In this document: piece by piece, positions 19,144 to 29,487 of the stretch | How positions within the stretch are numbered: position 1 is the stretch's first letter | How the letters are laid out: each line of letters opens with the position of its first letter | Origin: Akkermansiaceae bacterium | Lineage (GTDB): Bacteria > Verrucomicrobiota > Verrucomicrobiia > Verrucomicrobiales > Akkermansiaceae | DNA: 64,000 bases | Assembly: GCA_051251915.1 (NCBI GenBank) | Contig: JBPOGF010000012.1 | Span: forward strand, 74,718 to 138,717 | Reading direction: 5' to 3' | The notes under the pieces: generated by a model | What the model saw: only the letters and a program-made list of their open reading frames with translations | What the model was told of the DNA's origin: nothing | The model's database searches: none | Position numbers and translations under genes: made by a program

Positions 19144-19487
19144 ATCACCATCATAAGCAACAAACCCAAAATGTCTAAACTAGTTTCAATAAACTCACCC
19201 CCCCGCCAAATAAAAATCAGGCACACCCATTACCAAAATAACACAAATCACACCATTTATACGCAAAAAAAACAACCAATTGTCTATTTTTTTAAAAAAT
19301 ATCATGTTTATTATTAAAAAATCTTTACTTTATGAAAAAATAAATTACAAATATTTATGTAGAAGGGAAATCAGCAAGAGTAAGTAAACAAGCAAAACAG
19401 CTAAATACCTACTCCCACAGTTTTTAACTTCTTTGCAGCACGGTTGCTAAAAAGCAACCAATCACCCCCTAAGTATAAATAATACAT

Positions 19488-20207
19488 ATGAAAAAAATGA
19501 ACACAATCATCGGGCTACTTGCGCTAAGTGGCACAGCATTCGCACAAACTGTTTCAAATGGAGATTTCGAACTGTTTTCTGACGCAAGCGAAGGTGTAAA
19601 ATACACTTCTGAATTAGCAGATGGAGTTAACTTTACAGCTACTGTTACTGACTGGAAACTAGTCAACGACATGAGCCTCTATCAGAGAACCTACATGGTG
19701 AAAGAAATCGATCCAAAAACAGGAAAAGAAACAGGAAAAGAAATCGAAACTAAAGATACCTCACTAAGAATCGGAGCCAGCGAAAAAGAGTTCGCTAATT
19801 TAGCACATCAAGGTCTTGAGTTCAAAGAAGCAGGCACCTACACAATCTCCTTTGACTCATTCATGGCTAATGAAGCTAAAACAGAGCAAACTGCAAGTAT
19901 AGCACTCTATCCTGGTAGTGGTTCTGAAAGCCCATACTTTTCATCAATATTCACTGAAAAAAGTGACGGCTTCACTACTGACCAGTCATTTACCTTCACT
20001 CTCGATAAAAAGCATATCGAAGCAGCCGAGGGCAAATTCGAACTTGTCTTCAGTAACACAGGTTTTACAGAAGAAGAGATCAAAGAGGGAGCTAAAGCAT
20101 ACGACATGTTCGTAGACAACGTTTCTATCGCAGCCGTCCCAGAACCATCAAGCACAGCATTGCTCGGACTTGGAGCACTCGGACTTCTAGTTCGTCGTAA
20201 GCGCTAG
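19488..20207 (+). CDS. PEP-CTERM sorting-domain surface protein
   Basis: Signal peptide; C-terminal VPEPSSTALLGLGALGLLVRRKR. Confidence 0.92.
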   Translation: MKKMNTIIGLLALSGTAFAQTVSNGDFELFSDASEGVKYTSELADGVNFTATVTDWKLVNDMSLYQRTYMVKEIDPKTGKETGKEIETKDTSLRIGASEKEFANLAHQGLEFKEAGTYTISFDSFMANEAKTEQTASIALYPGSGSESPYFSSIFTEKSDGFTTDQSFTFTLDKKHIEAAEGKFELVFSNTGFTEEEIKEGAKAYDMFVDNVSIAAVPEPSSTALLGLGALGLLVRRKR

Positions 20208-20245
20208 TCAGCTAGTCTTAATACAATACTAAGATTCATATCTAT

Positions 20246-20282
20246 ACCCCACTCTGACAAGTTCAGAGTGGGGTTCTTTTTT
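20246..20282 (+). terminator. Intrinsic terminator after PEP-CTERM gene
   Basis: ACCCCACTCTGA/TCAGAGTGGGGT 12-bp stem plus T-run. Confidence 0.85.
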
Positions 20283-20406
20283 ACCACTTCAACCTCCCCC
20301 CCCTCTACACCTGGAATAGGAGAAACTTCATCACCCTCAGCATTGACAAACCAGATGATCGCATTAACGTGCAAAAACTTACCTCTAACACATCACATCA
20401 ACCAAT

Positions 20407-21219
20407 ATGTTACTCCATTTCTACAAAATGAACGGTGCCGGCAACGACTTCGTAGTCATCGATAATCGCAACCTCTCCATCAATCTCGATAAAGACACCA
20501 TCGAAGCAATCTGTGACAGACATCGTGGCATCGGCGCTGACGGCCTTCTCGCTGTAGAACCCGCCCAACATGGAGCAGATTACAGATTCCGCTATTATAA
20601 TGCAGACGGCGGAGAAGCTGAAATGTGCGGCAACGGCGCCCGCTGCTTCGGCAGATTCACAGCCCACCTCGGTGACGAAGTCAAAGACATCGTAACCTTC
20701 GAAACCATCGCCGGAACCCTAAGCGCTGAAATGATCGGCGAAAACGTCCGCATCGCAATGTCAGACCCATTCGACCTAGACCTCAGCACAAACTGCAACA
20801 TAGACTCACTCGGAACAGACATCCATGTTCTCAACACCGGCGTCCCTCACACCGTCGCATTCATCGATGACCTCCCTAATCTAGACGTCGTCAAAAACGG
20901 CGCCGCCATCCGCTATCACGAAAGGTTCGCACCCAGCGGCACCAACGCAAACTTCGCTAAAGTCCTCGCACCAGATCACATCGCCATCCGCACATACGAG
21001 CGCGGTGTAGAAGGTGAAACCCTAGCATGCGGCACAGGCATGTGCGCAGCTGCACTCATCCATAACCTCCTTACCGACGCTCCATCACCAGTAAAAGTAG
21101 ACGTAGCTGGAGGAGACACCTTAGAAATCGGCTTCGAGCGCACCGGCGAGAACACCTTCACCAACGTAACACTCAGCGGCCCAGCTGACTTCGTTTTTGA
21201 AGGCGACATCGAGATCTAA
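20407..21219 (+). CDS. dapF: Diaminopimelate epimerase
   Basis: KMNGAGNDF, EMCGNGARC, ERGVEGETLACGTG. Confidence 0.96.
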   Translation: MLLHFYKMNGAGNDFVVIDNRNLSINLDKDTIEAICDRHRGIGADGLLAVEPAQHGADYRFRYYNADGGEAEMCGNGARCFGRFTAHLGDEVKDIVTFETIAGTLSAEMIGENVRIAMSDPFDLDLSTNCNIDSLGTDIHVLNTGVPHTVAFIDDLPNLDVVKNGAAIRYHERFAPSGTNANFAKVLAPDHIAIRTYERGVEGETLACGTGMCAAALIHNLLTDAPSPVKVDVAGGDTLEIGFERTGENTFTNVTLSGPADFVFEGDIEI

Positions 21220-21320
21220 TTCTCTAAAATATATCCGACAGCGCGCTAAATCACTACATTTCTATTTAACACGAAATAGGATTTACAAAGCGCGCTGTTT
21301 CTGGCATCCCATCCCGCACT

Positions 21321-23996
21321 ATGTCAGAGCTACCTAAAGCATACGAGCCACAGGCTGTTGAAAAACAGTGGTACGAAAAATGGACAACCAACGGTTGTTT
21401 CCACGCAGATGAAAATTCCTCCAAAGAAGGATACTCCATCGTCATACCACCACCAAACGTCACCGGCATCCTCCACATCGGCCATGTTTTAAATAACTCC
21501 ATCCAAGACATCCTCGCTCGCCGTGCACGCCAGCAAGGAAAAGAAGTCCTCTGGCTCCCAGGCACAGATCACGCCGGCATCGCCACTCAGACCAAGGTAG
21601 AGAAAAAAGTCCGCGAAGAAGAAGGAACATCACGCCGCGAACTCGGACGTGAAGAATTCCTCAAACGCGTATGGGACTGGAAAGAAGACCACGGCGGCAT
21701 CATCATCAACCAACTCAAACGCCTAGGCTGCTCATGCGACTGGGACCGTGAGCGCTTCACCATGGACGAAGGATACTCAGAATGGGTAGCCAAAGTATTC
21801 GTAGACCTCTTCAACGAAGGCATGATCTACCGTGGAAAACGCATGGTCAACTGGTGCCCAGTATCCCTCACAGCACTCTCTGACGAAGAAGTAATCGCCA
21901 AACCACAAAACTCAAAACTCTTCTTCATGAAATACGAGTTCGTCGACGCACCAGGCGAGTTCCTAGAAATCTCCACCACCCGCCCAGAGACCCTCATGGG
22001 CGACATCGCCGTAGCCGTAAATCCTAAAGATGAACGCTTCGCAAAACACGTCGGCAGAAAAGTAAGACGCCCATTCCCTGAAGCAGATATCCCAGTCATC
22101 GCAGACGAACACGTAGATATCGAATTCGGAACAGGTGCCCTAAAAATCACCCCAGCACACGACAAAGCAGATTTCGAGATCGGCCAACGCCATAACCTAG
22201 AAATCATCGACGTCCTCCACCCAGACGGAACCATCAACTGCCCAGAACTCCCAGAACTCGACGGCCTAGACCGCTTCGTTGCTCGCCGCAAAGCAGCCGC
22301 CATGCTTGAAGAAAAAGGACTCCTCATCAAAGTAGAACAACACGAAAACTCCGTCGGCTACTCAGAGCGCGCAGACGTCCCCGTAGAACCACGCATCTCC
22401 ATGCAATGGTTCCTAAAATACCCGTGCACAGAAGAAACCACAGACGCCGTCCTCAACGGCGACATCAAATACCGCCCAGAACGCTGGGTCAAAACCCACT
22501 CCAACTGGATGCAAAACATCCAAGACTGGTGCATCAGCCGCCAACTCTGGTGGGGCCACCAAATCCCAGTCTGGTATAAAAAAGACAAAGTCTTCGACCT
22601 CAAAGAAGCAGAATCCCTAGACTCAAGCGACCTCTCAGCAGGCGACATCTACGTAGGCACCACCCCACCCTCTGATGAAGAAAACTGGGAACGCGACGAA
22701 GACGTCATGGACACCTGGTTCAGCTCATGGCTCTGGCCATTCGCCACTATGGATGACGCCACAAGAGACAAATTCTACCCAACTGCTGACCTAGTCACAG
22801 GCCCAGACATCATCTTCTTCTGGGTCGCCCGCATGATCATGGCTGGCTACAAATTCGCAGACGGACTACCATTCAAAAACGTATTCTTCACCTCCATCGT
22901 GAGAGATGAAAAAGGACGCAAAATGTCCAAGTCACTAGGTAACTCCCCAGACCCCATCGAACTCATGGACAAGTTCGGTGCAGACGGACTACGCTTCGGA
23001 CTCATGAGAATCGCCCCCACAGGAACCGATATCAAATTCAACGAAGACACCATCTCAGAAGGCAGAAACTTCGCCAATAAACTCTACAACGCCTGCCGCT
23101 TCAGACAAATGCAAGGCACAGAGTCTATCAAACTAGAGTCATTTGAGAAACTAGATCCGCACCACGTAGACATCCTAGCCAAGCTAGACCAGCTATCTAT
23201 CAACCTCGATAAAGCCTACACAAGCTACCGCTTCAATGACGTAACCGGCCACCTCTACGAGTTCTTCTGGACCGAATACTGTGACAAGTTCCTAGAAGCC
23301 ATCAAATTTGATTTCAGATCAAATGACGACAACGCAAAAGCACGCACCCTAGCAGTCATCGACACCGTCCTAGCACGCTACCTAGCACACCTCCACCCAC
23401 TCATGCCACACATCACCGAGGAACTCTCCGCCAAAATGGGCTACACCTCAGAAGGCGAATTCCTCATGAGCAACGTGATAGATAACACCCCAGTCCTAGC
23501 AAGCATGTCAGCATCAGACATCCAGGCCTATTCTAACCAAGCAGCAGCCGTCTACTCCACAGCCAGCAACCTCAGAAACCTCAAGTCAGAATACAATCTT
23601 GCAGCTAGCAAAGATGTTAAATTTGTCGTCAAGCCCATCAGCGGACAAGACTGGATAGCTGGCCAGTGTGACACACTCATCACCCTAGTTGGCGCCAAAG
23701 GAATGGAACTGGACGCCACCTACGATGCCCCACAAGGCACCCCCGCAGCAGTCACTGCCATCGGTGAAATCTACATGCCACTAGACGGACTCATCGACCT
23801 CGATGCCGAGAAAAACCGTCTCGACAAAGAAATCGAAAAAGTCTCCCAAGAGGTCATGCGCGCTGGTAAAAAACTCGGCAACGAGAAATTCGTCGCCAAC
23901 GCCAAACCAGAAGTCGTTCAAAAAGAGAAAGACCGCCTCGCTGAATGGGAGAACAAACTAGCCCAACTTAAGGAAATGCGCGCAGCTCTGAGCTAG
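21321..23996 (+). CDS. valS: Valine--tRNA ligase
   Basis: PPPNVTGILHIGH, DWCISRQLWWGH, KMSKS, C-terminal coiled coil. Confidence 0.97.
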   Translation: MSELPKAYEPQAVEKQWYEKWTTNGCFHADENSSKEGYSIVIPPPNVTGILHIGHVLNNSIQDILARRARQQGKEVLWLPGTDHAGIATQTKVEKKVREEEGTSRRELGREEFLKRVWDWKEDHGGIIINQLKRLGCSCDWDRERFTMDEGYSEWVAKVFVDLFNEGMIYRGKRMVNWCPVSLTALSDEEVIAKPQNSKLFFMKYEFVDAPGEFLEISTTRPETLMGDIAVAVNPKDERFAKHVGRKVRRPFPEADIPVIADEHVDIEFGTGALKITPAHDKADFEIGQRHNLEIIDVLHPDGTINCPELPELDGLDRFVARRKAAAMLEEKGLLIKVEQHENSVGYSERADVPVEPRISMQWFLKYPCTEETTDAVLNGDIKYRPERWVKTHSNWMQNIQDWCISRQLWWGHQIPVWYKKDKVFDLKEAESLDSSDLSAGDIYVGTTPPSDEENWERDEDVMDTWFSSWLWPFATMDDATRDKFYPTADLVTGPDIIFFWVARMIMAGYKFADGLPFKNVFFTSIVRDEKGRKMSKSLGNSPDPIELMDKFGADGLRFGLMRIAPTGTDIKFNEDTISEGRNFANKLYNACRFRQMQGTESIKLESFEKLDPHHVDILAKLDQLSINLDKAYTSYRFNDVTGHLYEFFWTEYCDKFLEAIKFDFRSNDDNAKARTLAVIDTVLARYLAHLHPLMPHITEELSAKMGYTSEGEFLMSNVIDNTPVLASMSASDIQAYSNQAAAVYSTASNLRNLKSEYNLAASKDVKFVVKPISGQDWIAGQCDTLITLVGAKGMELDATYDAPQGTPAAVTAIGEIYMPLDGLIDLDAEKNRLDKEIEKVSQEVMRAGKKLGNEKFVANAKPEVVQKEKDRLAEWENKLAQLKEMRAALS

Positions 23997-24097
23997 CCTC
24001 AGGCTCAGATCACTTTAATGCTTGCCGACTCCCTCTGCCTCCCTCTAGCATCTCGTATTCTCTTGTTTGACTAACTCAAAAACAGTAAATCATCACT

Positions 24098-25150
24098 ATG
24101 TCCATGAAACCCATTCACGATATTGAAAACATGCAGCCAGAAGCTATCGAGCTACTCGAAGCTGCAGGATACGTGGACGCAAAAACTATCTTTAATCATC
24201 CTATCGCAGACATCACCACTGAACTCATCAAGGCGAATAACGTGCTCGACATCATCGACACTGAGCCCAGTAGAGCAATGGTCGCACAATGGCTCAAACC
24301 AATTGAACTGCAACTCGGGAAGAAAATCAATGATAGCGCACCAGAAATAGACCCCAGTTTACTCATTGAGCCAAAAGAAATACTCAACACCCCTTTTGCT
24401 GTCCCTTTGTCAGAAAACTTTATTAAAGAACATCATATCGACCTAGCTGAATTACCCAGCGGCACAGTGCGCTTTCTAAATAAAGAACAAGCTTTGCGCC
24501 ACTACGACGAAGAAGAATCTATTCCAGTTAACTACAACGTCGTATCTGAACAACCTTCTAGTAAAGTTGCTGAGCCAGAAAAAACAGGCCTCTTTGATGA
24601 CCCAGTCTTCACCTCCAAAGAGTCACCAATCCTCGACAAAAATCGCATCCTAAAAATGGAGACCTTCAAGCAAGAAGGAAGCTCAGTCGCATCTCTAGAC
24701 AGAGACAATGGCATCAACCTCACAAAAACCACCAGAAAAGAGACGAACGAAGGTGTAAGCCCTGATTCTAAATTCTACATTAAAGGTGTTCTCCACAAAA
24801 ATACCTCTAGATTCAAGTCTGGCTGCCACTCATTTTTATTAGTGAATTTTATGATTCTCCTTTCTTTTGCCATCACATCACTAGTCCTCATAGACAGAGA
24901 TCAATATTGGTGGGCAGTCTGGGCTCCGCTGTTAGGCATCTTAGCCATTTTTATATACTTCACAGCTGCACAACAAGCATCTTGCCCTATTTGCAACCAA
25001 AAGCAATTTGCTCCCAAAAGATGTCTGAAGCACAAAAGCGCTCACCGCTGGCCAATCTTTGGCTACATGCTACCCACGGCATTCCACGCAATCGTATTTA
25101 AATGGTTCCGGTGCATCTTCTGCGGCACCTCTGTTAGACTAAAAGAATAG
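24098..25150 (+). CDS. DUF4332-like N-domain fused to a 2-TM Cys/His-rich C-terminal domain
   Basis: ELLEAAG...ELIKAN...PSRAMVAQW resembles DUF4332; CPIC...C.KH..AH...CIFCG after two TMs. Confidence 0.6.
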   Translation: MSMKPIHDIENMQPEAIELLEAAGYVDAKTIFNHPIADITTELIKANNVLDIIDTEPSRAMVAQWLKPIELQLGKKINDSAPEIDPSLLIEPKEILNTPFAVPLSENFIKEHHIDLAELPSGTVRFLNKEQALRHYDEEESIPVNYNVVSEQPSSKVAEPEKTGLFDDPVFTSKESPILDKNRILKMETFKQEGSSVASLDRDNGINLTKTTRKETNEGVSPDSKFYIKGVLHKNTSRFKSGCHSFLLVNFMILLSFAITSLVLIDRDQYWWAVWAPLLGILAIFIYFTAAQQASCPICNQKQFAPKRCLKHKSAHRWPIFGYMLPTAFHAIVFKWFRCIFCGTSVRLKE

Positions 25151-25223
25151 TTTCAAAAAAGAACTCACAATTGAGGTCGTTTTGCGTTGCTATATCCACT
25201 TAGGTAGATGATAGTAACTAACA

Positions 25224-26807
25224 ATGACGGATGTTTTTGACCAGCAAACTCTAGAACTAACCCTCAAGGCCTCTAATGAAGGAATCTGGGATTGGGATGT
25301 AGGCAGTGGTGAGATTTTTTACTCCGACAGGATCATCGATTTCTTAGGATACGAGAAATCCTCAACCCCTAATATCATGGCTCATCCAGAGGAGATAGTT
25401 CATGATGATAGCTTTGAATATTTTCATGAGGTCCTATCCCTAACATTGCAAGACCCTGATGCAGAGCATCTAGGAATCGACTGCAAAATCCGCAGACCAG
25501 ATGGCAAGTCCCGCTGGATCCGTATCCGAGGAATTGTCATCAGAGAGTCAGGTGAAGCCGTCAGAATAGCCGGCTCAATGATAGATATTTCAAAAAGAAA
25601 ATTCGCGGAAGAAATGGTTGCAGAAGAACAAAACATGCTCCGCCTCATCATCGACAACATCCCCCTCCAAGTTTACTTCAAAGACACCAACTCATGCTAC
25701 ACACTCGTCAACCAACGACAGGTCGACTGGCTAGGGAAAAAAAATACCAATGAAGTTCTCGGCAAATCAGGCGAGATCTTCTTCTCTCCAGAAAGCTGGC
25801 ACGCCACCAGACAAGAAGAACTTAGAATCATGAAGACTGGCAAATCTGTGATCGATGTCATTCAGCGAGAAAAATGGCCACACAAGCCAGACTCCTATGT
25901 CCAAAAAGTAAAACACCCCTGGTACGATAGCTCAGGCGAACTACTGGGAACCTACGGGATTTCATGCGATGTCACCAGCCTCATCCAAGCCAAGAAAAAA
26001 CTAGAAAACCTAGCCATCAGCCTCCAACAGCAAAACAAAAGCTACCAAGAAGAACTGATGCTTGCCACCGAGATCCAACGTGCTATCTTGCCTGAGAATG
26101 CCCCAGACTGGGATGCCACACTTGCCAAATGGCTAGACAGGGTCCAGATCAAAACACTATATTCTCCAGCCTCAGAACTCGCAGGCGACTTCTACGACAC
26201 TATCGCCGTCTCTAAGAAAAAAATCGGCTTCCTCATCATCGACGTGATGGGCCACGGAGTCCGCTCTGCGATTATCGTATCATTGATTAGAGGACTCATG
26301 GAACAAGCCGAGCACCTAGCATCAGAACCAGCCCGCTATCTAGAAGAAATCAATGAAGGCCTCACAGCCATCCTACAGAAAGCTTCTATCACCCTCTTCG
26401 CATCAGCTTGCTACACATTACTAGATTTCAACTCTAACAAAATTACCATTGCCAGCGCTGGCCACGATTTCCCATTGATCGAATTCAACACCGACGCGCC
26501 TACCGACGACAAAACTCAGGGAAAGAAAGGCTCAGCCCTTGGAATATGTGAAGGAGCACATTACCCAGAGACCATCTACCCTATGGCAGATATAAAAAGC
26601 ATGCTACTCTACACAGACGGCATCTATGAAGCGTCTAACAATAAAGATGAAGACTGGGGCATAGAAAAGTTACAACAAGCCTTCACCAACGCACAAACCA
26701 AACAACCTTCATCAACTCCATACCATATCTATGGTGAAGCCGCCAGATGGATGGGACACACCCAATTCCAAGATGACGTCTGCTTACTCCATTTAGAAAT
26801 AGTCTAA
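25224..26807 (+). CDS. PAS-PAS-SpoIIE/RsbU-type PP2C phosphatase (paralog 1)
   Basis: GIWDWD and DISKRK PAS/PAC marks; AGDFYD, DVMGHG, YTDG, DDVC. Confidence 0.9.
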   Translation: MTDVFDQQTLELTLKASNEGIWDWDVGSGEIFYSDRIIDFLGYEKSSTPNIMAHPEEIVHDDSFEYFHEVLSLTLQDPDAEHLGIDCKIRRPDGKSRWIRIRGIVIRESGEAVRIAGSMIDISKRKFAEEMVAEEQNMLRLIIDNIPLQVYFKDTNSCYTLVNQRQVDWLGKKNTNEVLGKSGEIFFSPESWHATRQEELRIMKTGKSVIDVIQREKWPHKPDSYVQKVKHPWYDSSGELLGTYGISCDVTSLIQAKKKLENLAISLQQQNKSYQEELMLATEIQRAILPENAPDWDATLAKWLDRVQIKTLYSPASELAGDFYDTIAVSKKKIGFLIIDVMGHGVRSAIIVSLIRGLMEQAEHLASEPARYLEEINEGLTAILQKASITLFASACYTLLDFNSNKITIASAGHDFPLIEFNTDAPTDDKTQGKKGSALGICEGAHYPETIYPMADIKSMLLYTDGIYEASNNKDEDWGIEKLQQAFTNAQTKQPSSTPYHIYGEAARWMGHTQFQDDVCLLHLEIV

Positions 26808-26816
26808 CAACTCCCC

Positions 26817-28412
26817 ATGAGCACACCTGAAATAAACCGTTTAGAACTAGCCCTCAAAGCATCCAACGAAGGCATCTGGAAATGGAATCTGTTAGAAGAT
26901 AAAATCCACTACTCCTCATTACTCCTCGAGTTCATGGGAGTTACAAACCAAGAGCAAGCTCTACATCTGTTCAAGGACATCGATAAACTTTATCACCCAG
27001 CAGACACAGTCAAACTCAAGGCAAAACTAAAGGCATTCATGAAAACCACCGGCAGACAAACCTTCGGTGCGGACTGCCGCTACCAACACCCTGACGGCTC
27101 TCCGCGTTGGTTCAGGATTCGCGGAGCCAGCCAGAGAGATAGCTCCGGCACCCCAACACTCATTGCAGGATCAGTAATCGATATCACTAAACGCAAACGC
27201 GTTGAACTGCTACTAGCAGAAGAAAAGCACCTACTAAACTTACTCGCCGAATCGATCCCAGTAAATATTTACTTCAAAAACAAAGACTCCAAATTCGTGA
27301 TGGCTAACACTGCCACCTCAGAAAAAATGGGCCTCTCAAAGGCAAAAGACATCATAGGCAAAAGCGACCACGACTTCTTTGACGCCAGACATGCTGACAA
27401 GTCACTCAAAGATGAAGTCACCATCATGGAATCTATGGAAAAACTCAATGGCACCCTAGAAAAAGAGATTTGGGACGGCGATGAAGAGACTTGGTGCATC
27501 ACCAGCAAGTACCCTTGGCTTGATCACAATGGTAAAATTAAAGGCACCTTTGGAGTCACCAATGACGTTTCAGACATCGTGAAAACCCAGACCCGTCTCG
27601 TTGAGGTAGCCCAGACCTACAAGGATAGAAATGATATATACAAAGAAGAATTAAAACTCGCATCCGAAGTCCAGCAGGCAATCCTAGCAAAGAAAATCCC
27701 ATCGCTCCCCACTGATCTGACCAACAAGATCAACAGCAAGTACATCGCTGACTTCGCTGTCACCCACATCCCGATGCACGGCTTAGCTGGAGACTTTTAC
27801 GAGGCTATCCCTATATCAGAAACCAAAATGGGGATCTTACTCTGTGATGTTATGGGCCACGGAGTTCGCGCCTCACTCATTGTCGCCATGATTCGTGGCC
27901 TCATTTCCAAAGAGCAAGAATCAGCAGCCTCTCCAGAAAAATTCCTATCATGCCTAAACCATGGACTTTGCCATATCCTATTCAAAGCCGGCATCACCAT
28001 GTTCTCCACCGCCATTTACTGCGTCATCGATGTTAGCGCTGGATCACTCACCATGGCCTGCGCTGGCCACCCCCTACCAATTCTAAAAAGAAACTCACAT
28101 TATAAACTACTAGACGCAAAAACAATTCAAACAGGCACCGCTTTAGGCCTAGTTTCCGAAAGCGAGTATGAATCCACCACCATCCCTCTCGATGACCTAG
28201 AAGAAGTCATCTTCTACACGGATGGCATCTACGAAGTCGTAAACGCCGAGGAAGAAGAGCTAGGAATGACAAAGCTGATCGACACCATGAACAACACCCG
28301 AGACCCGAAAGAATCCTCGATCCATAATCTCAGCCGAATTGCTAAAGAACACTCTCACGACAAGCAATACAACGATGATGTCTGCCTGTTAAGTGTACAA
28401 ATCCAGCGCTAG
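26817..28412 (+). CDS. PAS-PAS-SpoIIE/RsbU-type PP2C phosphatase (paralog 2)
   Basis: Same architecture; AGDFYE, DVMGHG, YTDG, DDVC. Confidence 0.9.
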   Translation: MSTPEINRLELALKASNEGIWKWNLLEDKIHYSSLLLEFMGVTNQEQALHLFKDIDKLYHPADTVKLKAKLKAFMKTTGRQTFGADCRYQHPDGSPRWFRIRGASQRDSSGTPTLIAGSVIDITKRKRVELLLAEEKHLLNLLAESIPVNIYFKNKDSKFVMANTATSEKMGLSKAKDIIGKSDHDFFDARHADKSLKDEVTIMESMEKLNGTLEKEIWDGDEETWCITSKYPWLDHNGKIKGTFGVTNDVSDIVKTQTRLVEVAQTYKDRNDIYKEELKLASEVQQAILAKKIPSLPTDLTNKINSKYIADFAVTHIPMHGLAGDFYEAIPISETKMGILLCDVMGHGVRASLIVAMIRGLISKEQESAASPEKFLSCLNHGLCHILFKAGITMFSTAIYCVIDVSAGSLTMACAGHPLPILKRNSHYKLLDAKTIQTGTALGLVSESEYESTTIPLDDLEEVIFYTDGIYEVVNAEEEELGMTKLIDTMNNTRDPKESSIHNLSRIAKEHSHDKQYNDDVCLLSVQIQR

Positions 28413-28430
28413 CCTCAATCACTCACCGGC

Positions 28431-28739
28431 ATGGATTTTACAGATATAGACCGCGATGACTTCCGTAACCTACTCGGAGAAATAGGAAAAGCCTGCATGC
28501 CGTTCGGAAAATTCGGCCCAAATTTCCACCCTCCACGAGGAGTACCCATCATGGATCTCCCTCCAGAGTACCTTACATGGTTTAAAGAACGAGGGTTCCC
28601 AAAAGGTCAACTAGGTGAACTCATGGCACAAGTCTGCGAAATCAAAGAAGTCGGCATGGACCAACTATTCGACCCACTCAGGCAAGCCAACGGTGGACGA
28701 GTCAGTATCCGCAAACGCCGGCCCAAATCAGATTTCTAA
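28431..28739 (+). CDS. DUF3820 family protein
   Basis: MPFGKF...DLPPEYLTWF...GFPKGQLGELM...EIK..G...L..PLR. Confidence 0.8.
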   Translation: MDFTDIDRDDFRNLLGEIGKACMPFGKFGPNFHPPRGVPIMDLPPEYLTWFKERGFPKGQLGELMAQVCEIKEVGMDQLFDPLRQANGGRVSIRKRRPKSDF

Positions 28740-28758
28740 CAAGTAATACCTTAAATCA

Positions 28759-29376
28759 CTACTTCACACAATGGAAAGGAGCTGGCACTGTCACCACTTC
28801 CATCCCCGCGCTCTGAGCAGCCATAATCCCAGCAGGAGCATCTTCCAGCACCAAGCATTTTGTAGGATCTACCTCTAGTCTGCTAGCAGCTTCAAGGAAA
28901 ATATCTGGCGCAGGCTTACCGCACGCTACATCATTCGCTGTCACCACTTCATCAAATAAGTCGCTAATTCCTACTGCCTGAAGCGTCTTCTCAGCCACCA
29001 CTCGGGTACCTCCAGTAGCTATTGCCATAGGCACCTTGCCGCGCATTGATCTAGCATAGTTGACCACATCTTCATTGATCTCCACTTTATCTAACAAATT
29101 CATAAATGCCTCTCTCTTCGCAAGAGCCACATCAGTAGGATCTATGTTAAGCCCAAACTCGCCATTAAGCTCCACCACAATATCCTTAGTCGGTCTACCC
29201 CCCATCGAATAAAACACGTCCTCAGGGAACACATCTTTGGGTACATTAAATTGAGCTAAAGCTTCTCGCCATGCCTGGAAATGCGCCGGCATAGAGTCCA
29301 CTAAAGTTCCGTCTAAATCAAATATCACAGCTTCAAAGCTACCATCAGGAATTTCTAGGTCACCAAATTTTTTCAT
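28759..29376 (-). CDS. HAD family phosphatase (YqaB/beta-PGM-like)
   Basis: FDLDGTLVDS, KPAPDIF, LEDAPAG. Confidence 0.9.
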   Translation of the reverse strand: MKKFGDLEIPDGSFEAVIFDLDGTLVDSMPAHFQAWREALAQFNVPKDVFPEDVFYSMGGRPTKDIVVELNGEFGLNIDPTDVALAKREAFMNLLDKVEINEDVVNYARSMRGKVPMAIATGGTRVVAEKTLQAVGISDLFDEVVTANDVACGKPAPDIFLEAASRLEVDPTKCLVLEDAPAGIMAAQSAGMEVVTVPAPFHCVK

Positions 29377-29487
29377 CGCATATGCTTAGTGCCAAATACC
29401 CCAAATAAAGCAAGCCAGATTGCACAATTTTCAATGATTTTTTCGTTACCCCTTGATCACTTCTACTAAATCCATCACCCTCTCGCC

